Source of the DNA: Zygnema circumcarinatum SAG 698-1b
Lineage: Eukaryota > Plantae > Zygnematophyceae
Direction of reading: 5' to 3'
NCBI GenBank assembly: GCA_037447605.1
Contig: CM074805.1
Location: 3,505,361-3,569,360, forward strand
Length of the DNA: 64,000 bases
The notes below the pieces were generated by a model. The model searched no databases, was not told where the DNA came from, and was given only the letters and a program-made list of their open reading frames with translations. The position numbers were made by a program, and so were the translations under genes. Shown piece by piece: positions 26,426 through 38,529 of this stretch. Numbering within the stretch: position 1 is the first letter of the stretch; each line of letters opens with the position of its first letter.

Positions 26426-29400
26426 CAGGTGAGACAAACCCTCGATGAACAATTCCGATAATCTGTTCATGCCTGGACTTCTTGAAAGCCAGTGGCGTTT
26501 GAGACATACTACCTGGATGAGTATGGAAACCAGATTGGTGCCACTGGTGACAGATTGCAGAGGCTCATAGCATCACAACGCTTTCTAGCTGTGATCTCTA
26601 ATGTATTCAGATGGTGATTTGTTTTCGCTGGCCTGGACCTCTCTACTTACCGAGAGTTCTAGTGCACTAAATTGCTTGGCAGTTTTGGAAGCTGTTGCGC
26701 AATCACTTGCCAGTAAAAGTGAGAAAATAAATGCAGAAGTTCAGGAACGCTAAATCACCCATTAGCTGCATAATTGACTGCATTGCAAGAGCAATGAAAT
26801 TCTTTAGTGACGGACAAGTGAGGGATCTGTGGAGGTACACCAGACCATCTCCCTCACCATCCTATTTTGCGCTGCGAATCACAAAGTCATTGACGCTTCG
26901 GACTTAACAAAAATCGTGATTTAATGGCAACACTTGCAAGTCTCCCTTGCAAGTATATGCGTGGCATTGGCCTACGGCCGTGTATTGACAGCTGACGCTC
27001 CTGATCCAGCTCGTGACCACCAAAACAAACCAGTGGGTTTTTGTATTGCGCTCTGCGACAGATGTGTGAAGAAATATTGGACGTCTGCAGTACATGCGTG
27101 GCATTGCCTCATGCGTGTAGGCCTGCTTTCATGCACCGACAAAGAGTTGAATTTCTCGAAATTGCGGAACTGAAACCCATGAAACTTGGCGTGGGAGAGA
27201 ACTTGGACCATGGACGAATTTTTTGAGAAGACTTCTCGCTGGCATCTGGAAGCTGTTGCTTATCTGAAATTGCGGCGATTTGGAATAATGACCCTCAATT
27301 TTACATTAGCTGCAGCAGGCCCTGTGAAGGAGCCCAAAAAATCCAAGTGCTAGCTGGGGTGACTGATAGTGAGACACAACGTTTCACCTCTTCTAATGAC
27401 AGGCTCCATTCAAGGAACCGTCCTTTGCTGAGCACATTACCTATTTCCTGTGCCATGTGAAGAGAGGGTTCGATGGTGCTGACCACACGAACAGAGGGGA
27501 GTTGCTGGCCCGTCGGAGTGTTGTCTGCTGCTGCAGGCACTGCTCGTCCCTTCCCTTATCCTTTTAAATCCAAATCTGAGACTAGCGGATGGCGCTGAAA
27601 TGAGACCTTGTAATCGCCTGTCAGGTCTCAGAGCATTCAAGATAATGCTCCATCCCTGAAGCAGGCGCATCGTTCCCGATTTCTCTATTGCCCTGTATGT
27701 TAGGGGGCTTTGAATCTCTGAATGGCAGTGGCAGGATTTTTTCTCAATGTATCTAACCTGCGCAGGCCTCGAAAGCACTTCCTCATTCGACAGAGGACCT
27801 TGAGAAAGGGCTTGGCTGTTTGCTGGCTCACCCTTCCCTTTCTTCAGGTTTGAAAGTGGCCCTTGCAGTCTCTGGTTGACTAGGTCATTGAGGAATGGTT
27901 GCGGTTTTCTGCTTTAGTGACTCACGATGTGTGCAGCGGAAGTGGGAGGGCAGCTCTGAACTCAAAATAAAGCACACGTTTAATCTCTGTAAAGCAATTG
28001 TGTTCCGGCTCAGCAAGTTCTGGAGTGTAAGGCGAGCATAGGCGATGTACAAGCTGAGAGGTATGGACCGGGCCTTCTGCAGTCTGAAAGGAGACTTTAG
28101 CGTTTGAGGTACTTTTCGTCCTCCTTTTGTGGTTGGTGGATTTGCTACAATGGCTGGGGTATTTGGTAAGAAACAACATAGGTTCGCATGTGTGAAAAGA
28201 AGTGTGCTACTTAGGGTTTATCTATTATGGGGTTGTCTCGTGAGCAAGGGTGTGTAGAAACAATGTTGTTGTTGTTCATATTTTCCAACATGGGTACTCC
28301 GGGTAAAGTGAGCAAATTTCATACTTCAATCCATTCCCTTTCGATCATGTGCATCTTACAAATCGCTCCTTGTTGAATGGACGCGCTTGCCCTCTGTCCA
28401 AACAGGAGATATCCAAAACCTTTTGCGGTTCTGTACGCTTTGTGCCGAGCTGCCGTTGTAGTCAAACATCCCAAATAACTGCTATACTCCCCTTCACTCT
28501 CAAAATCCACAGTAACAATGTAAATCCTCACGCAAGTAGTAAGTAAATAAGTACGTAAGTAGACATTGACAAGCACGAATTGGAGTGTAGTAACTGTACA
28601 GGACACTAACTTCATCCTAACGCCTCTTAAAACTTTACCAAAGTCTGGTGCGACGCAAAATCTGTATGGCTGCAGTATTGAAATATCCCGGTGGACATGA
28701 TGTGTGCGAAAGCTTGTGCAGCAAAGTTAAATTTGAAATTGTCTTGAGGTATATTTCTATATGTACGTATTTGAATTAATAATTATGCTTTTCGGCTCTT
28801 TTGTGTTCTAATTCCGGACGGAAGGTGGTTTCAGTCTTAGAAAACTGTTCGAAGAAATGGGAATCCGTACTTCGGATCCCTACTTTTCAGTGAAGATTAG
28901 ACGCCCAAACCTGTTTTAAGACCATAACCCTCTAGTAAGGCCCGTTAGGAAGAAAAGTTGCACACTCTTGGAATTTGAAATCAGTACATGCTTTCCCACA
29001 AATGAGTCCGACTAAATACCTCCAAGCAGATTGCATATCGGCTTTTTAAGTCTGCAACCCTCTAATTGGCCAAATGGCCTTCGTGGTGATTGGAATCAGC
29101 CATCACGGGGTGCTCCTTTTTACAAGTAAATAACAGTTTTCATGAAGGCCTTGTCAATACTTGGAAAAAGAAACGTGAGGGGTTTGCCTGGGGAGTTGCC
29201 TCAAAACTAGTGCTCTTTATTCCGCTACTGTAAAGATATCATGTAGGAAATACATTAGTTTCGAAGTAAATTTTTCCTTATTTCTCGACTTCCCATTTTA
29301 AGATAGACAAGCATTATAAGGCTCTTGCATTAGGTGGTACTTGACCTCGAACGGTTTCTGACCAGCGTGACATAGTTTCCGATATTGCCATATCTCATTT

Positions 29401-29664
29401 CTCTACCGGACCTGCCTGGGCTCCCGTTTGACGGCGGTCGTCAGAAGTCGATTTTCGACCCAGATGTCGACTCTATAGCCGTTCGTTCGAGTATACCCAA
29501 GATCCTTCCATGCGCCCCGCCGCGACTGCCGAATACTGCACTTCCTGTTCCTCTTAACGCAGAACAGACCCGTGGCGGTGCCCTGCAATGCCATTCATGT
29601 GCAACAACCCCCCCCCCCCCTTCCCACCGCCCACTCTCGCCGGCGGCCCCTCTTCACAGCCGGG

Positions 29665-29692
29665 CCTGCCTGCCTGCCTGCCTGCCTGCCTG
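29665..29692 (+). repeat. (CCTG)7 microsatellite
   Basis: Seven perfect CCTG units, upstream of the MBNL-like gene. Confidence 0.95.
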
Positions 29693-29766
29693 CGCGGCGG
29701 GGCCCTGCGGGAGCGCCTTCCTCCCCGTGCCCCTTTCCCGTTCCGCGATGTACCACTCCTACAGTA

Positions 29767-30974
29767 CAGTCAACAGTCCTCGTATTTACCGCCCTAAGGA
29801 GTGCGTCCTCAAGAAATTCGCCCCGATTTTGCCGAAACCACCTTTTTGTACGGTAACTTTGTGTTAGCCATGCTGTTCGTACTGTCCGTATTATTCGTAC
29901 TTTCCGTACTATTTGTACTGTCCATACTATTCGTACTGTCCGTACTAGTCGTACTAGCTGTACTACAGTAGGACCCCATCATATTTTCCACCTACATTTG
30001 GCAAAAATCGGGCGAAAATATTGTTTTTGGCAAATATAAGGTCCGTGTTACCAATAGGCGAGCGGAATTATGTTAGAGTTCATGTGTGTCCGTACGTATC
30101 GTATCGTATCGTTTTCTGGCATATCGTACCGCATCGTACCGTATCGTTTAAATTCGAGCGCGTAACGGCTACTACAGCTCGTACGGCTAGTACGGATAGT
30201 ACCGTATCGGGGCGTTTCGTATAGTGTCGTATCGTATCGAAGCCAATGACAAGGGGAGAGTGAGCGCCTCTTACGGCGGCACTTGCGGGGAGATTAGGTG
30301 AGTTTTGCGTAAGCCCGTGACGGCTAGTACAGCTAGTACGGCTAGTACGGCTAGTACGGATTGTAAAAATTGCACGGATTGTACGGCTAACACGAAGTTA
30401 CCGTACAAAAAAGTGGTTTCGGCAAAATTGGTGCGAATTTATTGGTGACGCAAATGTTGAGGTGGAAAATATGATGGGGTCCTACTGTAGCCGTTACGGG
30501 CTTACGCAAAAGTCACCTAATCTCCCCGCACGCGCCGCCGTAAGAGGCGCTCGCTCTTCTCACCTTCTTCTTGGCTTCGATACGATACGATGAGATACAT
30601 TAAGATACGGTACGATACGAAACGCCCCGATATGGTACTATTCGTACTAGCCGTACGAGCTGTTGTAGCCGGTACAGTACGATAGTACGATACGTACGAT
30701 ATGGTACGGTACGATACGAAACGCCCCGATACGGTACTAGCCGTACGAGCTGAGACGAACAACACAGCGGAAAACTACGTCTATGCGTTACGATATGCAC
30801 GATACGATACGACACTAAACGATACAGTACGATATTGTACGGTATGGTACGTACGGTTCAACATGAACTCTAACATAATACCGCCCGTCTATTGGTAACA
30901 CGAACCTTATGTATGCAAAATCAATATTTTCGCCTCATATTGGCCAGGGTGGAAAATATAAGGACCCCCTACTG
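29767..30974. mobile_element. Older Tc1/mariner (pogo-like) MITE interrupted by a second copy of the same family
   Basis: Degenerate 29-bp TIRs CAGTCAACAGTCCTCGTATTTACCGCCCT and (reverse complement) CAGTAGGGGGTCCTTATATTTTCCACCCT. TA flanks at 29765-66 and 30975-76. GTAC/CGTA-rich interior. Confidence 0.75.
29966..30487. mobile_element. 522-bp Tc1/mariner-type MITE, inserted in inverted orientation within the older copy
   Basis: Perfect 28-bp TIR CAGTAGGACCCCATCATATTTTCCACCT. TA target duplication at 29964-65 and 30488-89. No coding capacity. Confidence 0.9.
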
Positions 30975-31968
30975 TACTGCTAATACTGTACTACTGAACG
31001 CGCGCGCTGCGGGACGGAACGGGACTACGGGAGGCGCGCAGGCGGGCGGCCGGGCGGGCGCAGCGAGCGAGCGCGCGCTGCCGCGTGGCGGCCGCAGAGC
31101 GCGCCTCCCCGCCGTGCCGGCACGCTTCGCACGTGCGAGCTCCTCGCTCCCGGCAGCCCCGCGCCAATGGGAGGCCCGCGTCCCGCCACGCTGGCGGTCG
31201 CCGCAGCTCCGGCCAATGGCGGAGCGGGGGCAGGGCGGAGGGGAGGGAGGACCGCGCCTCCGGCCCGCCCTGCCCTGCCCCGCCCTGACACAGGCAGATG
31301 GGGCCATGAGGCCCAGGAGCATGATGACCCGCATGGAGGCCATGGCCCCATGGCATCGGCATGGGGACGAGTAGGGAGGGACCTCATGGCCATGGCAGCC
31401 GGGGAGCTAGGGGGTGGTTGCGGGGAGGCGGCTGAGGCGGGCTGCCATGCCATGATGCCATGCCAGGGCTTGCTGGAGGGAGGGGGGCGGTGGGTCGGTG
31501 AGGAAGGGATGGAAGAAGGAAGCTGGCATGCAGAGGATCGGGACTACTCTGCAGAGATGTAGGAGTTGCTGGAGTTACGATAGTGAAGGAGATGAAGTGG
31601 TTCGCGGAATTGAGTTAGGAGCTGCCGCTGGAGCTTGATTGGGTTGCAGTTTCGGCATCGTACTGTGTGGGAGTGATCCGTAGGAACGTTTCGGATAGGC
31701 ATTGACTAGTTTTTGGATGGTTCATCTCAGAGAGCTGAGAACACCGAGCTAGATTAGACAGATTCATGTTACGTTGAATAGCAAGAATTGGTAGTTGCTA
31801 GTCGATTTTTTCATGATCTGTCATTCTTGAAGTGTGCTTATGGACGGCTGGTGTCACTGCCAGCCGAACAACAGAGGACGAGCCTAGTGTCAGTTATTCA
31901 GTCACTTGGAAAAACTCCTTAGCAAAACCATTCTCCAATCAGCTTGCAGCTGAAGTCCGTACGAAAAA

Positions 31969-34900
31969 ATGGAGAGAGAAAAAAGACCTCCTCTGACAGT
32001 TGCTGTCTGCAAAGACTTCACTCGAGGAAGATGTACTCGCTCTGAGCTCGAATGCCGCTATGTTCATCCAACATCAACTATGAGCACCGAGACGACTGCC
32101 GACGGGTAAGGCAAGCATTTTGAATAGCAGAAGCCATGGATTGCATTGTCCACGACGCTCAGAGACGTGTTCATGCACCCTGCTAACTTGTAAATTGAGC
32201 TTGATTGTTGTGAGCACTGTGGTTCAACGATCAGTACGATCGAGCTGTGAAAATCGACCAGAATACTTTTTGTCAATTGTGTTGCCTGCTGGGCTGCATG
32301 CTGGAACTGCTTGCAGTGAAGTACATCGTTGTGGGACTCTTGCACTCCACTCTGAGAGCGTTGAAACGTTGTTGACAAGCTGAGCCGATCTTTCATGCAA
32401 GGAAATGGCACCCTTGACCGATTTCAAGGTCCATACGTGTACATGATTTTTTTTTTGTTTTTTGTTATGCATCAAGGTTTATATGAGACTTTTGGTCTTG
32501 TTCATTGCTACATTGTTCTTGCACTTGGGAAGTTTGGTGGAAATCACCAATGTTTTTCCCTTCGTACAAGTATCGGCAGCAAAGGAGAAAGTTAGGATAC
32601 GTATGACATGATATTTTGTGGCGGAAATCGTGCTATGTTGATGAGACGGTGGTATTTTCTTGTTTCTGAAGTATTTTTATATTCTCATGCGATCATCGTG
32701 TAGTAGTGAGGGCAGCAGCCAGCTCAAGCTTAGTTTTAAGTTGTTGTGATGACGTGCGAGTACTATCCATACTGACACAAGGAAGCTCCTTCTTGTAATC
32801 AGTGCCGTTGTGAAAGGACAGTTGTGATCAAGCTTGTGCAAAAAACTAGAGGTAGTTCTCCACGAGAAAGGTGGTGGTAGAGATAATGTCATCAGATTGC
32901 TGAATAGCCCTTGCAAATGTCTGTTGGATCGCAGAAATACGCAGGTTAAATTTCAGTGCCTGACACAGCCGAAGTTCTGAATGATGGTTGGTTGGTGTTG
33001 TTCTTTGCCGATGTCAGAATTAACAATCCTGTCCAGGTTCACAAATCACATCTTTGTTTCAGCTCCAGATCACATGCATGTCCGGGTCTGAATTAGAAAT
33101 GCGTTCATCATCATCATGTCCTTCTCTGGATCAGTTCTGGATGCTCACAAACATTGTGCAGTGCAAGAATGATTCTGTGATTTCTTATCCTCGTGCTAGG
33201 TCTGATATCAGAATGGCCTCGTGACAATTTCCTTTTCACCGACTGGCATTGTCAGTCGTTGGATTGCTTAGATGTTTGTGCTTTTGGCTATTTCGGTTGT
33301 TAAGAAGCTGTAGTCATTTGTTGAATTTCCTGAGTTTGAACACCTTTGCTGAGGATTGAGAGAAATTTTGTATGCAGAGATGTGGTCACTGTCTGCTTCG
33401 ATTCGTTGCGCAACCGCTGCACCCGAGGACCGACATGTCGATTTGTTCATCCTCCGCCTCAAATGCTACCGTGAGTCAAATTGTATTCTGTGTTTTAGCA
33501 CAGCAAGCCTGGGCTTTTCTGCATAACATGCTTTGTGGTCATCATCTGCTTCCTGTGTACTTTTGTGCAAAATTTCAACCAGTGTCTATCAGTCACTGCT
33601 AAAAAGTCAAGGTCAACAATGCAGCGGTCATCAGCTACAGTTTTTTTCTCGAGTACTTCATGATGCATATGCGCATACACTATCTGAAGTTGAGGAAGGT
33701 TTGCAATGCTCATGGTCTCTGTGAACTTTCCATCAACCTAAGACTTGGTTTGGCTTGCAATGCCTGACTTGCTTTTCATGTAAGGCGGTGTTTCCACCGG
33801 CAACATTTTTTCTGTGTTCACGTTATGACAAGTATTGAGCAGCATCTGCATCAATAGACTTTCCAGCCAGAGTTAGTGATGAGCAGTTTTTTTTGGTTGC
33901 TTTCGCCCTCCTCAAGTGAGGTGACGGAAGGGAGGGTGAAAATCTGTCGCTATCCTCTTGCTCCTGGAGATGCGTTCACTTGCTTAACTCAAGTTTTTCA
34001 AATTGATCGTTTCCTTCAAAACATGGCGGTACAGATGAAGCTTGCACTCTGAGTTCCACTTCAACTGACAAGAAAACTGGATGGGGTGTTCGCCCGCTTC
34101 TTTTGCAGAGGACTGCTCGAAAAAGCAGGCATTAGTGTGAGCCCGCCTTCGAAAAGTGATGTCAGAATGGTCGAATACTCTCCACCTCAACCCCAATTTC
34201 ACTCTCCATTTGTGGTGAGACTCGGAGATGAAACCTTCCAGTGTTTGGGAAGTCAATTGATTACCATCATTAAGTGAAAAGTAGCTGTCGTTGGTTTTGC
34301 ATACAATGCCGACCTGGAATTGCTTTTCGAGGCATTGCAGGGCATGCCTGGAGCATCGATTGGCCCGCCCCGAACTCCTCCAAGGGACCCACTTGGAATG
34401 CCTGTTCGGAACATATCTCGGCCTGCATTAGAGGTACACCACTCCAATGCTAGGCTTTACCAACAACTTGTGTATTTTGTTGTATTCTTCCTTACATTTC
34501 AAATGCCTCCTTTTTTGTGGGCAGGCCAATATTTAGAATGCAGCCATCGATAGCTTGCATTAGAGCAACTGTCTGTAGTGAATGTGTGATTTGCTTGCTT
34601 GCTTCCATCGGCCTGATAGAGTATGGGAAAGCAGCCTTACAAGCAAGATGTGAGGGGGATAACGTAGCTTGCACAGATTTTCTGAGTAATTGTTTTTTGT
34701 CAAAACCTCTAGTGCTTTCAAAAGGTCTAGTTTTTTCTTTTTGTGTTCGTTTGATGTTAGCCAACAGCATCCTACTGTGTTCTTTCGTTGCTTCCGGCTT
34801 ATTACTCAGGGAATGGCCTTTTGACCATCGAGGAAAAGCTGGAACGTGATGACTAAGTGCGCAGTACTTTGTTCTTGAGGTGGAACACACATGATATTCT

Positions 34901-37751
34901 TTCTCCGTTGTGTTGCCAATCTCAGCTCGCTGATTTCGTCTCAATTTCCACATCGCAGGTTTGCCGTGACTTTGTGAGAGGCCGTTGCTCCCGAGATGCC
35001 AGCGAATGTCGGTATGCACACACACAACCAACAGGTGGCGACACTTCATTGGTCACGGTATGTTATTTTATTTCCAATATTTCCCCCCCATCTCTTTGTT
35101 TCTTGCTAATTGTAGTTTCCCCCCCCCCATTCTGCCTCATTTGTTGTTGGATTTGCTTGCGTCAGGCTTAGGACGACACTCTTAGATTCTGGTTGATCGG
35201 CCACTTCCAGAATACGTAGCTTTTGACAGTAAATAAATAAGCATTGCTTCTGTTACAGTTACCACGCACTCTATACAGTCTGGCCAGTCTTATTCCACTG
35301 ACTAGTAAACAATTCTTGGAAGCAGGTTTGTCAAGATTTTTTGAAAGGCCGCTGTGAACGAGAAATGTGTCGGTACTTTCACCCCCCGGATCATTTAAAG
35401 TCTCGAATTAGAGAGGTGGGCACATTCTTTTCCCTTTATCACATCCCTTGCCACCTCCATTGATGGCTGCTCAATAGAGTTTCAGTATCGTGTCATAACT
35501 CTCAGATCAGTACTTCTGGCCTAATGTTATATCACGTAGCCCCTTCAGAATGCGAAAAGGTCTGGAAAAGCGATTCTCTGCTGTGCTGTGTCTCTCAGAA
35601 GGAAAGCCATATTAATTGAAAAAGACTCTAGAGTTTACCGTGCTGTAAGGATGCGAGGTGGAGAGTGTGCATGCTTGCTGTATGAATGTTCCTGTTCTGA
35701 CATGTTCTGGTTCATCCATCTCCCTCATTCGCAGAAACCGATGTTATTGGTCCGTGCGATTGGTGTTCTGGGTTTTTTGACCCTTCTGTTGGGGCTTGGA
35801 TGCACCATTCAGGTTCTGACAGGCAGCCATGTGCCCGGAACCCCTCCTTTAGTCCCATCAGGGTTGTTGTCGGGAGTCGGAAGTCCCGTCAGAGGGATGG
35901 GGTCTCCCCCAGCCACTTTGCTTCCAGAACGTGAGCGGATGAATGCAGCAGCCTACCAAGCTGCCTACAATGCCTACGCTGCAAGTTTATATGAGCAACA
36001 GGTCAGTAGAATGAGCGGCTGGTGCAAACGAGCAAAGCAATATTGAACTATTTTTGGGGGTGTTGGTTGTTCTGAGGCTGTGCCCCTTTAAGGTTGTAGT
36101 ACAAGGCTGTGGTTTTGTTACTTTCTACAAGGTATGGAAGGATATGAATATTGGAAGGCAATGCTACTTGTGGGCAGGTCGTAGGGAAAGTTGGGTTGTA
36201 AAGGCTTTGTATGCTTTGTCTGTGTTCCCACCTCGGCGTGCTTTTGAATAAACGGTATAACTGGTGACGAATCCGGTGTTGGTTATTCTGGAATTATTTT
36301 ATTGGGGGCACAGCCTGACTCTGTCTGGTATTTTATGCTGATTCAACCAAGTAGTGACTAAATTAGCAATAGCAGACACTGCTCGGAAGGTGTATTCCTC
36401 GTCGACTCATAATGCAGTGCCCTTGAAGGCTGAAACGAAGTCCTGCACCTTTGCCAAGACGTTCAATAATTTAAAACCTGCTTAACGATTTGTTGGAGAT
36501 GCTGCGCGTGCACTGCAGGCGGCGGCAAAACGGATCCGTTTGGAAGAAGAGCGAGCGGCTGCTGCTGGAAGTCTCCTCGGCTTCGATTTTGTTGTCGATC
36601 GCTTTCGGAAGACGCCGGATGTGGGTCTCGCAGCGTTTGGTGTAGGAAATGGTTTGGGAGCGTTGGGGAATGTTTATATGAGGGACCATTTATCGCCACA
36701 TCTTTCTTCTCCGGGTCTCAGCTCTCCACCTCCTGCAGGGAAAGCAGCTGGTACGGCCAGTCAACTAACAACTTCAATTCTTTGTGCCCACCCGACTAGA
36801 TAATTCACATCATCTGGGCATAGTGCTTTATGTACACTCTCCACTCTTGGTTAAGGCATTCTTCAGTGTGGCTTGGATGGAGGCTGCCTCGTATGCCAGG
36901 CATATTTATAAGAAGGTGTTTCCTCGTCTGAATGCGTTGTAAGTAGAAATTTGGAATTTTGATTGCTGTAAACCATAACCATCTTTGAGCTTCTTTGTGT
37001 TGCGGATTTTCTTTGGTATTCTGAAACATCTCATCCACACAAGTGACCAGATTTGAATGTAGGTTTGGCATTGATCAATATCCTATTTTGCAGCTGGCCT
37101 TTGTATCTCCTTTCAATAGTAACACCATGCAAAATGACCATTATGGACGACCTTGCTTCTTTCAATTGAACTCGTGCTGTCTCCTGGCCATCGTGATGGT
37201 TGTATGCCGTAATTGCAGACCTTCGCAAATGCTGTCTTTCTTATTGCGTGGTGCTTGCAACGGTGGGATGTAGATGCGGACAAGTTGTTGGTGTGCCGCG
37301 ACTTCCTCCGAGGAAAATGTGCTCGCATTCCATGCCGCTTCATCCACCCTCCGCCCCATGTGCTTGTGAGTGTAAGCCTGGCCCGTCGTTGTCCTTGTTC
37401 TCCTCGATCAGCCTCTGGGAATATTTTTGGTGACTCTTGTTTTATCTTCATTGACATAACAGCATGTCTCAGCAAAGAAAAAAGTGTATTCCTTTTGTCA
37501 GAGGGGTGAGGTGTCACGAGTGTCGATCTATTGAGGTATTGCAGTTACGTATTGAGTCTTTCTACCAGGAATTCGTTTTTTGGCTACACTTAAATAAAAA
37601 AATCTGCTGTCTTTCTGTGTATCTCATGTGGTTACAGGTGGCGGATAATCATGTGACAGTTTGTCGTGATGCTTTACATGGACGATGTGTGCGTGATCTT
37701 TGTCGCTTCTATCATCCTCCCAATCGGGCTTCGACTGGGCTTCCATTCTAA
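31969..37751 (+). CDS. Muscleblind-like (MBNL-type) CCCH RNA-binding protein with three tandem zinc-finger pairs, about 388 aa
   Basis: Ten phase-consistent GT-AG exons: 31969-32105, 33378-33470, 34109-34136, 34341-34433, 34959-35057, 35326-35415, 35813-36001, 36519-36750, 37274-37365, 37638-37751. In-frame TGA at 31951 upstream of the ATG. Finger pairs: [144 protein letters not shown]. Confidence 0.88.
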
Positions 37752-38529
37752 AAAGGTACTTCACTTCACATTTTAGCCCGAACAACTGTGAACTTTAAAA
37801 AAACTAACTGAGGTGAACATAGTAAATCTCCAAGGTCATGAGCAGATTCTGGAGATAATTTGAATTCAGGTAGACTGCTAAGCCCGCAATGAAGGTGTCC
37901 CTGCCAATGCATTCTTGGGACACCTGCTCTCAATGGTACTGAAGTGGTATTGCTTCTCAGAATTCCTCTCGAGGTGATCCTCTGAATCTTGAGCATATCC
38001 CTCCTTCGCCGCTTTTCCAATAATGCTCGTATAGAGAGGGTGATGAGCACCTTTTGCGCTCACCAGCCCCTCAGTATTGTCCTTCGTTGCATTGTTTGGA
38101 AGGACGGGTTTTTATCAATACTACTTCCTTCCAAACTCCCAAACTTACTAGGGCCTGACTTTCTGTTTGTGATACGATTGAGCCTCCGTGCAGCCTACCG
38201 GTGCCCAGGAAAGCATGAGACTGGCAGTGAGTCAGAGTCAATAAGAATTCTTAGCATGGCCCATTCCAGCGGTCTCAGAATTTCGTCTTGATGGATGACT
38301 TCTTTCAGAGAATTGTCGGCCTTCGACACTTCTTCCCATGCAGCGTCTGTGGGCATTAGAGCTCGAAAGCATTACTGCTGCAGCAGAGTACTATAGTGGA
38401 GATGTAGAGGAAGAGAGCAGCGCGTGCAAGCTCTGCAGAGTGTTCGCTGCTGGGGTCTGATGCGAGGATACCCTAGGGAGGCAGCCACAGCGCCGAAGAC
38501 ATTGTTCAGCAGACTGGTTGCAATGTTCA

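Noticed and set aside
29760-29766. TACAGTA (also TACTGTA at about 30984), resembling Tc1/mariner excision footprints beside the MITE
   Set aside because: Too short, and expected by chance in GTAC-rich sequence; cannot be supported without an empty-site allele.
29809-30898. ORFs and short GTAC/CGTA repeats superficially resembling a CRISPR array or coding repeat
   Set aside because: There is no constant repeat with unique spacers; the nested MITE interior explains them fully.
30892-31562. Several ORFs over 120 aa in GC-rich DNA
   Set aside because: They are low-complexity, open in many frames and have no recognisable domain; no in-frame splice to the MBNL-like CDS was found.
32746-32780. GTGATGA...CTGA with a short terminal stem (C/D snoRNA-like) in MBNL-like intron 1
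   Set aside because: Only about 30 nt box to box, and no recognisable rRNA antisense element.
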